Source: Octopus bimaculoides
Lineage: Eukaryota
Length of the DNA: 55,062 nucleotides
Direction: 5' to 3'
Assembly: GCF_001194135.2 (NCBI RefSeq)
Contig: NC_068981.1
Location: 144,966,164 to 145,021,225 of the forward strand
Shown: positions 1 to 11,542 of the stretch, one piece after another
Layout of the letters: each line of letters opens with the position of its first letter
Position numbering within the stretch: the stretch's first letter is position 1
Program-made: the position numbers and the translations under genes
Notes under the pieces: generated by a model
The model's database searches: none
Seen by the model: only the letters and a program-made list of their open reading frames with translations
What the model was told of the DNA's origin: nothing

Positions 1-42
<42 letters not shown>
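1..42. repeat. (GATA)n microsatellite
   Basis: Perfect ATAG tandem array at the window start. Confidence 0.97.
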
Positions 43-43
<1 letters not shown>

Positions 44-45
44 CA

Positions 46-250
46 TATCTTTTATTAGCCACACAGGGCTCAACGAAGATGGGACAAATACAATGTAGAG
101 CTTTACTTTTTGGGAGGGGGAAGGGAAAAAAGGGGGGGTCGATCAAAAGGGATCGTAGGAAGGAAAAGGGGGAGTTCGATCAAAAGGGATCGAAAAAAAA
201 AAAAAAAGGGCGATCACAGACAGACAACGGAAAGACGGAAGGACAATCGT
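46..250 (-). mobile_element. Probable 3' UTR of a non-LTR retrotransposon
   Basis: Minus strand ends ...CCCTGTGTGGCTAATAAAAGA and runs into an (ATCT)n tail. No coding motif remains, so the class is inferred. Confidence 0.35.
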
Positions 251-333
251 TCGATATTATTATTGTTATCGTTATTTCTTATTTGCTATTACATCATTCC
301 TGGGAAAAAAATAACAAACGAACAAAGAAAACT

Positions 334-390
334 TTACTCGAACACAGTGTTGCTTTCTAGCCAATACTTATTGTAGTTCTGTACTTCAAA
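334..390 (-). CDS. Candidate terminal exon FEVQNYNKYWLESNTVFE*
   Basis: Acceptor aaatttctttacAG at 392-391; only phase 0 stays open for more than 10 codons; TAA at 336-334; phase-compatible with the 2263-2325 candidate. No homology recognised. Confidence 0.25.
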   Translation of the reverse strand, partial: FEVQNYNKYWLESNTVFE

Positions 391-2029
391 CTGTAAAGAA
401 ATTTTTAATTTAACTACAATACAGTACTCTAGGTACTAAAAGGGTCTGAATGTAGCTACAATACACTATTTCATGAACAATTCTACAATACATTGATTTG
501 CACTCTCGACCAAGCTAAAACTCCAAACCAAAACTCCAAGATAAAAACTAAAAAAATTTTGAATTAAATGCTTTTGTTTTGTTTTGTTTTTTTTTTTCCT
601 TTACAGCTGTTTTTGATTTGCATACTAATTTCATGGTTGGATAATATTCATAGTCTCAGCTGTTGATGAGGCATAGGAATCCAGCTGAAAGATTTAATGA
701 CATTTGCTTCTGCAAGGGAGCTACGGAAGAGAAAATGAGATCTCTATCCCAGGTATAGTAGGTAGTGAAAATGTATGGCTGGATGGATGGATGGATGGAT
801 GGAGTGGGGAAAGATACTCATTTAAAATCTGATCGAAATTGACTTTGCTTTCCTTACTTCATGGTCAATAAATTATGCTATAGGCTCGTAAAAAGGAAAA
901 CCATTCCGAAAAAATTAATTGTAAGTTGTACAGCTAAAACCTAACTACGGAAGGTTGATAATACTATATTAACCATTGACAGTTCAACTGTCTGAATAAT
1001 ATTTAGTTAAGACTATAGCAATCTGTACATTTCAGGCGCCAGCTTGCAGGTGTTTGGCAATAATAATACTGGATTAAAAAGTATCAAACATTATTGTTAT
1101 ACTTAAGAGTATGAAATTAAAGCATAACTATTTCAATAGCTTGGAAAAAAGTCTTATACGTTTATTCGAAATATTCTCACCCGAAGACCCTATCAAAATT
1201 TCTCAGAAAAAAAAAGCATAAATATAAAAAGATTGGTTTCTGGATTGTTATTTCTTTTTCTTTTTTGTCAGTTTCCGCTCAACGCCACTGTCTTGCTTAA
1301 ATCAAACATATAGCCACATTCAAAGTAGGATTTACCGATCACCTCCATAAGGCAACCATCTTCGAACTTTTCTTTAATTATCTATGCCTTTTTTCCATGT
1401 ACTTGGCATATATTCCCAAGGTCAATTCCATGTTAATTATATTTAGGTTTTAAACCATATAAATGTACTTCTTTCTAACCGATTAATTTTCATTCTTACT
1501 TTATCTACCACTAAAGACTTCACATAAATTTGTTTTTATAATCAACAATTGAAGGTTACTTGCTCCCTTTTAAAAAATCTTTTCTTTAACATAAATCTTA
1601 GCCTTTATAAAAGCCTTTAGATGCACAGTACAATAGAACCTGCGACTAGATTTTGATTGCGGTTGTAAATATTTTCGCTATCTTGGCGCCAATTTAAGTC
1701 ATTTTTGAACGACATTTGTGTCACATCACCTAATTCTTCATATGAAATCAATATCGTTGTCAAAACTCTGAATTAGTAACACTCATTTGCAAAAAAGAAA
1801 TTAAATATGTAATTGCGCTATTAACATCTTATATGTGGGATAAATGAATATTCATAATTTTATTGAAATACATACTGACAATGACCAGTTAAACAAGCAA
1901 GAATATATTAAAATCTACTGGCTGCAATCAAACATGAAGTGGCAGTTTTCAGTTTGCACTGATAATATAAATATTGATTTTTAACAAGACGTCAAAGAAG
2001 CGGATGAGTGTAAATGACCAGATCGCGCC

Positions 2030-2185
2030 AAGGCTTGAGTGATAGATTGTTTTATTGAACTCGGGACGATAAAAGACAAAGACAAGCTGGGCAGGATTTG
2101 AAATTTGAACTAACCGTGAACGTAATTAAAAGTTACGAAGCATGTTGTCGATCGCTCCACTAATTCTACGAACCCACCACCTTTG
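2030..2185 (-). mobile_element. SINE family A, degenerate copy
   Basis: Diverged reverse complement of the 19391-19625 copy. Confidence 0.45.
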
Positions 2186-2262
2186 ATTACATATATTAAC
2201 CAGGTCAATAAGGGTGACATCTACATGAGCTCACGGCAAGCAGCCAATAGCAGAGAACTTAC

Positions 2263-2325
2263 CTCAAATAACACTTCACCATCTTTAAGAAACGTGAAAG
2301 GAAGGACACACTGGACAACGTAATT
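2263..2325 (-). CDS. Candidate 63-nt internal exon NYVVQCVLPFTFLKDGEVLFE
   Basis: Acceptor ttttgtatatattAG, perfect donor GAG|GTAAGT, length a multiple of 3, open in phase 0 (and phase 2). Confidence 0.4.
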
Positions 2326-3361
2326 CTAATATATACAAAATAGCTGGGCTAGTCACGACTGGAACGTATATGATCATAAGTCAGCTCAGTTAGCACTGAT
2401 TCTGACGCATGACAACACAAAAACAAATATTAACATTTGCAAAGTCGAAGTAGAAATTTTCACTTCCGCTGCAGTCAACAAATGTACAATACACATCATT
2501 ATGTAATTAACTAATCATTTTCTCTGGTCGAAAGAGCAACCCTTCAATCTCCACACGGTGTGTTTTATATAATTATCATCTCTATTGGCAATACATCACA
2601 ATTATAACATATTCATATACGTATTGTATAACGTCAATGGTCCTCCCCCAGCTTTTACAAAACTGTTTCGTCGTCTAACGTTTCCTCTTTTATTTGCCAC
2701 ATTTGTAAATAAAGGAGGAAGGATTGTTATTATTATCGCTATTGGTGATGATGATTTGTTATGTGGTGTTGTTGATGTTGTTGCTATTGTTGTTCTTGCT
2801 GTTTACCTTTGTGTCAACTCAACCGTTACACATCGAATATTTTCTTCTTATAATACTGCAGTGTCTGGTCTTATGCAGGCTTAGTCGCTAAATTCTGCGC
2901 CGCAGCATGACCACAATCTAACGACCGAAACCAATAAAAGAAAATTTCAGATCGAATAACAAATTCTAAACTACTTTACCAGATTCCTTGGGTTCGGGAT
3001 TTCACTCTCACAACATCAACTGTGACTATCATCAAAATTTTCCAATTGAATAATGATAAAATTGTCTAAGACAGCAATTCTATAATAACTTTTACATTAT
3101 GTCAGTATTAATTAGTGTACAGTATATGAACATCAAACATCATGTAATGCATACTTAAAGCTCCATCGATCGCTTGCTATGGTCTGATACGACGATGCGA
3201 TAAAATACAGATAATGTATTTTTTTTACTGCACCCTGGAAAGATATTTGAAATGATAACTACGTGAAAACCTTGTTAGTTTTCTTTTCCTTCTAAATCTG
3301 CGTGCGTTTGTGCGGGGGAATGGCGCGAGCGTCTTCCATGAATGTATATGTGCGTGTATGT

Positions 3362-3363
3362 GA

Positions 3364-3413
<50 letters not shown>

Positions 3414-3426
3414 GTGNNNNNNNNNN

Positions 3427-3470
<44 letters not shown>

Positions 3471-3525
3471 GTGCATGTGTGCGTGTGTGCGTGCGTGTGT
3501 GCGTGTGTGCGTGCGTGTCTGTGTG
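3362..3525. repeat. (TG)n microsatellite containing a 10-N gap (3417-3426)
   Basis: Direct inspection. Confidence 0.95.
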
Positions 3526-3739
3526 AATGGGAACTTAATGTGTATGTGTGTCTCCGTGTTTATATCTGTTGATATGCGCTTGTTTATATGTGTTTCTATG
3601 TTTCTTTATCAATGTTTGTTTAAATGATTTCGAAAATTTCTATGACAGTATCTTGGAACACAACATTCAGAGTTACTGACTGATATATCTATGTCTTTAC
3701 AACGTTGAAACAATGATATATCTTGTATGGGTTGCTTTA

Positions 3740-4060
3740 TTGACAAGTTATACTATGTTCACATGTAGATATGTCTTACTGGACGATCTTATCACCATCT
3801 TTTACTTGGCAGACCTCATTGATCAGACATATATAGATACATCGTCATTATTTAGCAATGGCAATAGAAACAGTCTTCACAGATCTCTATAGAGTTCACG
3901 ATCCTGCATTACCATATCAGGAAAGCTAGCAACATTCCTATTAGGTAGCCGAGAGAAATAATAACTCAGAAATTTTTTGTTATAGAGCGGTGTCGAGCAA
4001 AATGTATCCTACGTTTGTACTCAGCTGGTTGAGAAATAAGTGGTCAAGTCCCGTAGTGTT
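3740..4060 (+). mobile_element. Possible, highly decayed Penelope-like RT remnant
   Basis: Across frames: CRYVLLDDLITI (RYxDD-like), SNIP and YVCTQL (YxSQL-like) in the expected order; many disablements. Confidence 0.25.
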
Positions 4061-5324
4061 TTACTTTATATGTGCGTCAATTAAGACGTCTTACAAATCT
4101 GACATGGTATATCTCAATGTGATGATGAATGAGTATCTAAAAACTGAAATAGGTTTAAGTGTTACTGAGCCTCCTTGTGGAAGACTCAAAAATATAAACA
4201 CATTGTTTTGATATTATTCATTAGCAGAAAAAAAGATGGAGGGCGCATTTTCGTCATACGGTTTCTTGACTAGTCATGACTGGGCTTCTTTCCCTTATTA
4301 ATAACATAAAAATCAGCTGCTATATAAATCAGCCATAACTTAGGTTAGCACTATTGTTTAACCTAAGTTTAACCTTATACGTCTTCTCTGACGAGTAGTC
4401 AAACAGATCGTAAAACGGTCCGTGTAAGACACATTCCATTTTCCTCCATATTAATAGCATATAAGGAATATGTTTACGTTCTTTACATTCATCCACAGGA
4501 AGACTACGTAATATTTAAAATTATGTCAGTTCTTCTGATATACGTTCTACTGTGCATAAATATTGCATAAATGTCTTATTGTATTGATATTTTTCTTGGC
4601 TTCTATGCAGACATGTTACTGGATAATATTTTGACATGCGGCGTCTATGTCATATGGCGGCATTTTGAGAAAATGTTTTTCTGCCTTAACGTCGAAAGCT
4701 GTTCGGATGCGTGTGTGCGAATATGTGTATACAGTCTATATATACACATACATACATACACTCAAATATATAAATACATACAAACATGTTTTCATGTATA
4801 TATTCGTATGTATGTATGCATGTATGGATATTTGTACGTATGTATAGATGAGCATTTAGAGTGTACTACCTACACATTCGTAAAGATTTTTTTGTGAGAA
4901 TGGAAGCTTAAATACCTGGGAGTTACTAGTGGTTTCATTTTGAGTCGGAAAGCTTCTGAAAGGTAGCTCAATACCTTACAGTGACTACCGGTCTTCCTCC
5001 GAATCAGGAAAACCCAGTTTGAAGCATGTGTATCATATATTAAAGTCCTGGAAGGGTAGACAGAGGGACAAAAATGTAGGAGCGCACCTTCTGATGCTAG
5101 GCTGACGAAATGTCACTCTAACGTTTAAAGCCGCAAATATTGTGGGTTGGACATTGGATGGATGCTAGCCATTGGCCATTTTATATGTGTGGGGGGGGGG
5201 TGAGTGTGTGTGTGTGTGTGTATGATGTGTGTGTGTGTATAAATGTGTGTATGTGTATAAATGTGTGTGTGTGCATTTGTTTTGCATGTGAAAGTTGACC
5301 GTGTACTCTGAGTTTAGGCACAGA

Positions 5325-5725
5325 AGTGGCAGTGCGGTAACAAGTTTGCTAACTAATCACATGGTTCTGGTTTCAGTCCTGCTGCGTGACACCTTGGTCA
5401 AGTGTCAACTATTATAGCCCCGGGCCGATCAAAGCCTTGTGAATGGATCTAGTAGATGGCTACTGAAAGAAGTCTATCGTACATATGTGTGTGTGCGCGT
5501 GCGTATATCTTTGTATCTCTGTTTATCCCCCATAACAGCTTGACAACAGGTGTTAGTGTGTTTACGTTTCCATAAGTTAGCGGTTCGGTAAAAGTAACCG
5601 ATAGAAAAAGTCCCAAGCGTAAAAGAATAAAAAAAGTACTGGGAGTGCTTCATTCGGACTGAAATTCAATGTGCAGACCCAGCATTACCGCAGCCTAATG
5701 AGTGATACAAGTAAAACACAAAAGA
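5325..5725 (+). mobile_element. Composite tRNA-derived SINE family B (head-(TG)n-3' module)
   Basis: Head GTGGCAGTGCGG...GGTTTCAGTCC (A/B-box-like), then CACCTTGGTCAAGTG, a TG linker and the 3' module GCTTGACAAC...AAGTAAAA; matches 25595-25980. Confidence 0.8.
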
Positions 5726-5741
5726 TTATATATCAGTACAT

Positions 5742-5746
<5 letters not shown>

Positions 5747-5824
<78 letters not shown>
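5747..5824. repeat. (AT)n(AGAT)n compound microsatellite
   Basis: Direct inspection. Confidence 0.95.
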
Positions 5825-5826
<2 letters not shown>

Positions 5827-6118
5827 ACAAGTGTAGGTGGCATACGAGTGGGTATATATTAATAAAAAAGAAGTTTGAAAACGTCAATATATAAAAAAGG
5901 ACAGAGGTCGCTACCATTTACCATTACCAACAGGGACACTACTACTACTACAACCAACAAAAAATGCCCCCACGTGGACTATTGACACCAGTAAGGAACA
6001 ATTATGAACTTTTCATTTAATTTCATTTTATTAAATATGTATTTTTGATAAGGTTTTACAAGAACCGAAACATGTTAAATTAAAATTCTTTTTTTTATAT
6101 ATTGGCGTTTTCAAACTT

Positions 6119-6149
<31 letters not shown>

Positions 6150-6226
6150 NNNNNNNNNNNNNNNNNNNNNNNNNNNNNNNNNNNNNNNNNNNNNNNNNNN
6201 NNNNNNNNNNNNNNNNNNNNNNNNNN
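6150..6226. other. Assembly gap (N run) within an (AT)n tract
   Basis: 77 Ns. The other gaps are at 3417-3426, 11262-11418, 16833-17302, 21106-21253, 21978-22017, 43231-43311 and 49249-49490, mostly flanked by microsatellites. Confidence 1.
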
Positions 6227-6246
6227 TATATATACATACATATACA

Positions 6247-6505
6247 TTGAGAAAAAAGAAAAAGAAAGTTGTCAGAATTTTGGATAATTCTTTTTTTATT
6301 CCTTCATCATTATTAGTGCACTCTTTTCTTTCTCGAACTTATCAAATAAAATTTTGTGAATGTACAAACAGTTTGCTCATTTATATAAAACAGAAGCTTT
6401 GGGGGGAGGGTAATTAGAAGACGAGGACATTGTTTTGGGGTTTTTTGGGGGGTGTTGAGGTTCCATGACATTGGAGATAAATAGATAGAAATATAGGTAG
6501 GTAGG

Positions 6506-6537
<32 letters not shown>

Positions 6538-6805
6538 AGGGGATCCCCCTTCTCTCTCCCTCTGTCTCTACCTATTTATCTATCTATCTGACTATCTATC
6601 TATCTATCAGCCTATCTACCTACATATTTCTATCTATCTATCTATCTCCATTGTCATGGAACTTCACCAAAAAATAAATTAACAAGCTGTTTGTACATTC
6701 ACAATTTTTTTTATTTGGCAAGTTCGAGAAACGAACGGAAGCGTTAATAATAATGAAGGAATAAAAAGATTTTTTTTTTCCAAAATTCTGACATTTTTTT
6801 CTCAA
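6247..6805. repeat. ~560-bp imperfect fold-back (long inverted repeat)
   Basis: Left arm TTGAGAAAAAA...TGTCAGAATTTTGG...TTCTCGAACTT...TTGTGAATGTACAAACAG...GTTCCATGACATTGGAGATA is matched in reverse by 6805 back to 6620; the centre is AGAAGGGGATCCCCCTTCT. Confidence 0.9.
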
Positions 6806-6840
6806 TATTCAATTTGTTTACCACACCTAAGACTCTATAC

Positions 6841-6850
6841 ATGTGTGTGC

Positions 6851-6914
<64 letters not shown>

Positions 6915-6915
6915 T
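6841..6915. repeat. (TG)n microsatellite
   Basis: Direct inspection. Confidence 0.95.
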
Positions 6916-7227
6916 CGCGCGCGTGTTTGTATATATATCACTTGTTGAGGTCATCTCTACAAATTAGAAGTTATAGCCAACGCTGACTTTGTTACGTCGT
7001 TTCGTATCCGAGACGCCCAATGTAAACAACGTGATCGAAGATGAAAAATGGGTAATGAGCGTATATGCCATATTTCAGAAGTTTTTTATCCTTCATCAGC
7101 ACCCATCCAACCCTTTAACTGTGTAGAGATAAACTTAACAAGTGATGTAATAGCACTGCTAACACAGTAGAACACAATATTGACATACCGGTGTTCCTAA
7201 AGGTCATTAATATAAACACACACACAC

Positions 7228-7265
<38 letters not shown>

Positions 7266-7356
7266 GCATGTGTGTGTGTGCGTGTGTGTATGTATGTATG
7301 TATCTATGTATCTATGTATGTGTGTGTATGTATGTATGTATGTATGTATGTATGAA

Positions 7357-7559
7357 CAGATGTCACTAAAAGTGACTAAGGGTGCAAGTCAGCATTAGCA
7401 TTGCTAAAAATATGAGTCAAAACAACTCTTAGCCGCGACCAGATCAGTTTCTGCTCCTTGAACAGAAAATACTCTGTTTCTGGTTAAGAGTTGTTTTGAC
7501 TCTTATTTCTAGCAATGCAGGTGTTGACTTGCATCCTTGGTCTCTATTAGTGACATTTG
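7357..7559. mobile_element. 203-bp MITE-like hairpin element (Tc1/mariner-type ends)
   Basis: 78-bp arms (7357-7434 and 7482-7559) with 12 mismatches; ends CAGATGTCAC / GTGACATTTG; TA on the right flank, AA on the left. Confidence 0.75.
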
Positions 7560-8306
7560 TACTTGTTCCTTTTGGTTTTAAATTGCGACGAGCCACTTTA
7601 ATAATTGATATACATGTTTACTAAGTGTAATGTTTTGTCTCAAGTCTCAAAGAAAGATCTCAAAGAAGATTCTCAAAGAGACTTTTGTCATTTATTTGAA
7701 AAATTTCTCTGCTATACAGTATTATACCTAGTTTCTGATCGTTGTTTGTATACACACTGTAACTATTTTATTTTACTCAACGTTTTATATATATATAGGT
7801 TAAAGCTCACACATCACGATCAATTCGGATCTTCCGGGCTTGAACTTTAATCTTCAATGAAAACGTTTCATGACTCCACTACTTTACATTCTGTGACTGT
7901 CTTGTGTTTGTATACACTAATGTGCATTAACTCTTCTCATAAACGTTTATTCAATTGTTTTATTTATATTTATCGGAGAGCAGAAATGATTAAGAATTCT
8001 ATGATAAGATTACGATATGAAAATGTGCTGACAACAATAACAACTTCGATGACATTTTCAAATCAAAGGTGATAATATATTTGTCAGAAACAGTGAAAAT
8101 ATCTAAATTCTATTATAAGGAGTATACGGACAATCGATTTATTCAACTAATGCATTTATTAAAAGTCTTGTTTAAGAGTAGTGTGAAGAGAATGTGATAA
8201 ACGTGCAGTTTCAGAATTCTAGAAGGTATTACTCTTTGCAAACGGAACGAAGTAAGATTATCTTACACATGTAGCTGTTGTTGTTGTTGCTGTTGTTGTT
8301 GATGTT

Positions 8307-8520
8307 AAGGCGGCGAGCTGAAAGACTCGTTAGCATGATGAGTAAAACGCTTAGCGGCATTTCGTCCGTCATTAAGTAATGAGTTCAAATTCCGCCGAGA
8401 ATGACTTTACCTTTCATCATTTCGATGTCGATAAAATGAGTACCACTTGAATAGTGGTGTCGACGTAATTAACTTAGCCCCCACCCCATTGAAATAGCTG
8501 GCCTTGTACCAAAATTTGAC
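8307..8520 (+). mobile_element. SINE family A, full length
   Basis: AAGGCGGCGAGCTG...GAGTTCAAATTCCGCCGAG (B box)...CTTTCATC...GTCGATAAAATGAGTACC...GGCCTTGTACCAAAATTTG with an (ATT)n tail. Confidence 0.85.
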
Positions 8521-8532
8521 ATTATTATTTTT

Positions 8533-8960
8533 ATCATTCATATACACACATCAGATTAGACTGTTAGAAAAGAAAACATCCTAAGATAGGGCTACAAGTA
8601 ACCGTAGATACCAAGAACCCTCTTAAGTATCCTAGCTGTCAATAATAACACTGTTTTCTGAAGCTATCTTTAACTGGGGGGAGGTGCGAACTTCCTCTAT
8701 CCATGTGTTTAAATCTTTAGGGATAGTTCCTAATGCATCTATAAATACTGAGATACATTTTACCAGCGTTTTCTATATTCTCTGTAATTCAATGGCTAGA
8801 TCCTAGTACTTTGATATTTTCTCTATACCTCTCATGTTGATTTTCTTATCATTTGGGACTGTAAAGTCAATTATCCGGCATTTTCTATTCTCTTCATCTA
8901 CTACTACTACTACTACTAAATCAGGCTTCCTAGCTTTATCAGTGGAAGCTAGAAGGCCTG
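8533..8960 (-). mobile_element. R4/Dong-like LINE, 5'-truncated 3' end (RLE endonuclease and 3' UTR)
   Basis: Minus translation RPDLVVVVVVDEENRKCRIIDFTVPND...DLAIELQRI...ARILKRVLGI; bounded by (ATT)n on both sides. Confidence 0.85.
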
Positions 8961-8980
8961 ATTTATTATTATTATTATTA

Positions 8981-9965
8981 TCATATACACATAACAGATT
9001 AGACTGTTGGAAAAGAAAAAGAACCTGACATCGGGCTACAACAAGTAACCTTAGATGCCAAGAACCCTCCTAAGTATCCTAGCTGCCCCTAATAAAGTTG
9101 TTTTCTGGAGATGTACTAAACTGGGTTTTATGCCTAATTCCTCTATCCATTTTACCCGCACTTTCGATAGCCTCTGTAATTCAATAGTTAGGCCTTGGTA
9201 CTTTGCTATTTTTCTATACCTCTCATATTGATTTTTTCATCGTTTGGGACTGTAAAGTTAATTATCTGGTATTGTCTATTCTCTTCATCTTCTACTACTA
9301 AATCAGGCCTCTAGCTTCTATTACTCTGTCAGTCTGAACGTTAAGGTCCCACAACATCTTGTATTTCTTACTTTCTAGTATTTTACAATGTTCATGTTCA
9401 TACCCTCTATCGGTATGTTCAAATCCTAGCTTTCTACATAACTCCCAGTTGATTACTCTCCCTAGGTTGTCATGTCTTTTCTTGTATTCTTTCTGTGCCA
9501 GCATGCTACATTCACTTACTATATGAGTAATGCTTTCCTCTTTTGATTTGCATGACCTAAATTGGGAATCTACTTGGTTTTTGTCTATCTTGGCTCTTAT
9601 CCAATCAGTCCTTAATGCTTGACCCTGAGCAGCTACTAACAAACTTTCTGTCTACCTTTTCAGCTTTCCTTTCTGCAACCATAACCCTGTCCCACTACTA
9701 CTACTTAGTGCAACTATCTTTGAGAACCTATCATCAACGCCTTCTCCTGCCAGTCAGATAATTTCGGTTCTTTCTTCTGATTTTTAACTTTGTTTAGGTT
9801 TTTGGTTTCCTTATTTCTTGCTGTGACTTTAACAGCTTTTAATAAACTTTCTTCACTATTACCTACGTAGGAGTCTATATCTACTCTAGCTAACTCCACA
9901 CAGTCTTCTACTGATATTAACCCTCTTCCGCCTTCCTTTCTTACTAAAGAACATGAGTTCTGTCA
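8981..9965 (-). mobile_element. R4/Dong-like LINE pseudogene fragment (post-RT region, CCHC, RLE, 3' UTR)
   Basis: RKEGGRGLISVEDCVE, YVGNSEESLLKAV, AAQGQALRT, CKSKEESITHIVSECSMLAQKEYKKRHD, LWDLNVQTDRVIEAR; its 3' end nearly duplicates 8533-8960. Confidence 0.9.
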
Positions 9966-9999
9966 ACTTTCTAATTCTAGTTACAGTGATATAACTCTT

Positions 10000-11048
10000 C
10001 TGAAAATCCTGGCTTGTATTTTTTTCATTACATGTTTTTGGTGATTTCTAGAGGTAAGGCTTTGATCTTGTGCTGCAATTAAAAATCCTTCAGTCTCTGC
10101 TTTGAGTCCTGAACTTCCCAGCCGTTATTGAGATTTTGCTTTGTCTATTTCTTTTCTGAGTAACTCAACCCTATATTTGCCATGAAGGGGTTTTTCTTGC
10201 CATCGTTTTATCATGACCCATTGCTGTTCCAGTTTTAGTTTGGATTTCAGATGTTTTACAGCTTTCGTTGTTTCTTCTTTTTCTTCATAGTTGTTAGGTA
10301 CTATGAATTCTGTTTTTAATTTCTCAGATTCCTTAAAGTCTGACAACAGTATTTTGTTTTGTTCGTATTTTGTGGCTATTTGTATTAGTTTTATTGCTTC
10401 TGAAGTAGGTATTACTGTAGTCCTGTAGTGGTTATTTTGTAACAGCTTTCTAGCTGTATAAGGCCTCTACCACCTTCGATACGTTGTTTAATAGCATTTC
10501 TATGTCAGATTTTGGGTGGTGCATCCTAAATCCTGTCATTATTTTTCTTGTTTTCTTGTCTATTTGGATTAGTTCATTTGGAGTCCAGTTAAACAAATTG
10601 TAGCTGTAACTTATAACTGGGACGGTTAGAGTGTTGATACTTATCATCTTGTTCTTCGCATTGAGCTCTGTTTTCAGTGTTAACGCAACTCGTCTATAGT
10701 ATATTTTTTCTATCTTCTCTTTCATTTGTGCGTATTGTATCGTATCAACATCATTGATTTTCTAAATATTTGTATGTCTGGATTTGGTCTAGCTCTCTTA
10801 TTTTATTTGGTTTTTCTAGTATAATGTTGCTTCTCTTAACTACTTTTGTTCTATTCAAGGTTGCTTTAGCACATTTTTCTAAGCCAAATTTCATGTTTAT
10901 TTTTGCAAATCCATGTACTGTCCGTAGTAATGTCTCCAGTTGTTTATCATTTATAGCGTACAGTATTGAATCATTCATTTACAAGAGATTGCTTATTGTT
11001 TTCTCGTAACAGTTGTATCCAAATCCAGTTCTGTTTAGTATGTCAGAT
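10000..11048 (-). mobile_element. Second R4/Dong-like subfamily fragment (RT C-terminal part)
   Basis: TVHGFAKINMKFGLEKCAKATL, TYKYL, LKTELNAKNKMISINTLTVPVISYSY, HHPKSDIE, WQEKPLHGKY, GLKAETEGFLIAAQDQSL; the 5' end abuts (TTA)n. Confidence 0.9.
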
Positions 11049-11055
11049 ATTATTA

Positions 11056-11128
<73 letters not shown>
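11049..11128. repeat. (TTA)n microsatellite
   Basis: Near-perfect array. Confidence 0.97.
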
Positions 11129-11129
<1 letters not shown>

Positions 11130-11542
11130 GAGTGAAAGAGCAGTGCATGCCATCAAAGTGACACTGGGGTAAAATATACAAAGCCCAGCATATCCATCAT
11201 GACTACCCGTCTGATAAGGGTACACCAGGCACATGCATCGCAGCCATATGTGCGCGACATGNNNNNNNNNNNNNNNNNNNNNNNNNNNNNNNNNNNNNNN
11301 NNNNNNNNNNNNNNNNNNNNNNNNNNNNNNNNNNNNNNNNNNNNNNNNNNNNNNNNNNNNNNNNNNNNNNNNNNNNNNNNNNNNNNNNNNNNNNNNNNNN
11401 NNNNNNNNNNNNNNNNNNCATCCCGCTAAAAAGGTCCCTGAATAAGGTTTGTTTAAGGATGTTGAACAAAACACCCATGTTTCCAAAGGTGAATTATTCA
11501 AACCCCAAAGAATTCCTCTCAACACATGGCTATGATGCTCCC

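Noticed and set aside
607-751. Plus-strand acceptor (tttttcctttacAG) with donor-like CAG|GTATAG
   Set aside because: All three frames contain stops; at best a non-coding exon, with no further support.
2980-3065. Minus-strand exon candidate TILSLFNWKILMIVTVDVVRVKSRTQGI, vaguely like the ANF-receptor F.W motif
   Set aside because: It ends in phase 2 with TG; splicing to the next candidate (starting with A) creates TGA. The motif similarity is too weak.
5093-5130. CTGATGCTAGGCTGACGAAATGTC, hammerhead-like
   Set aside because: It lacks the GA after CUGAN and a credible stem II.
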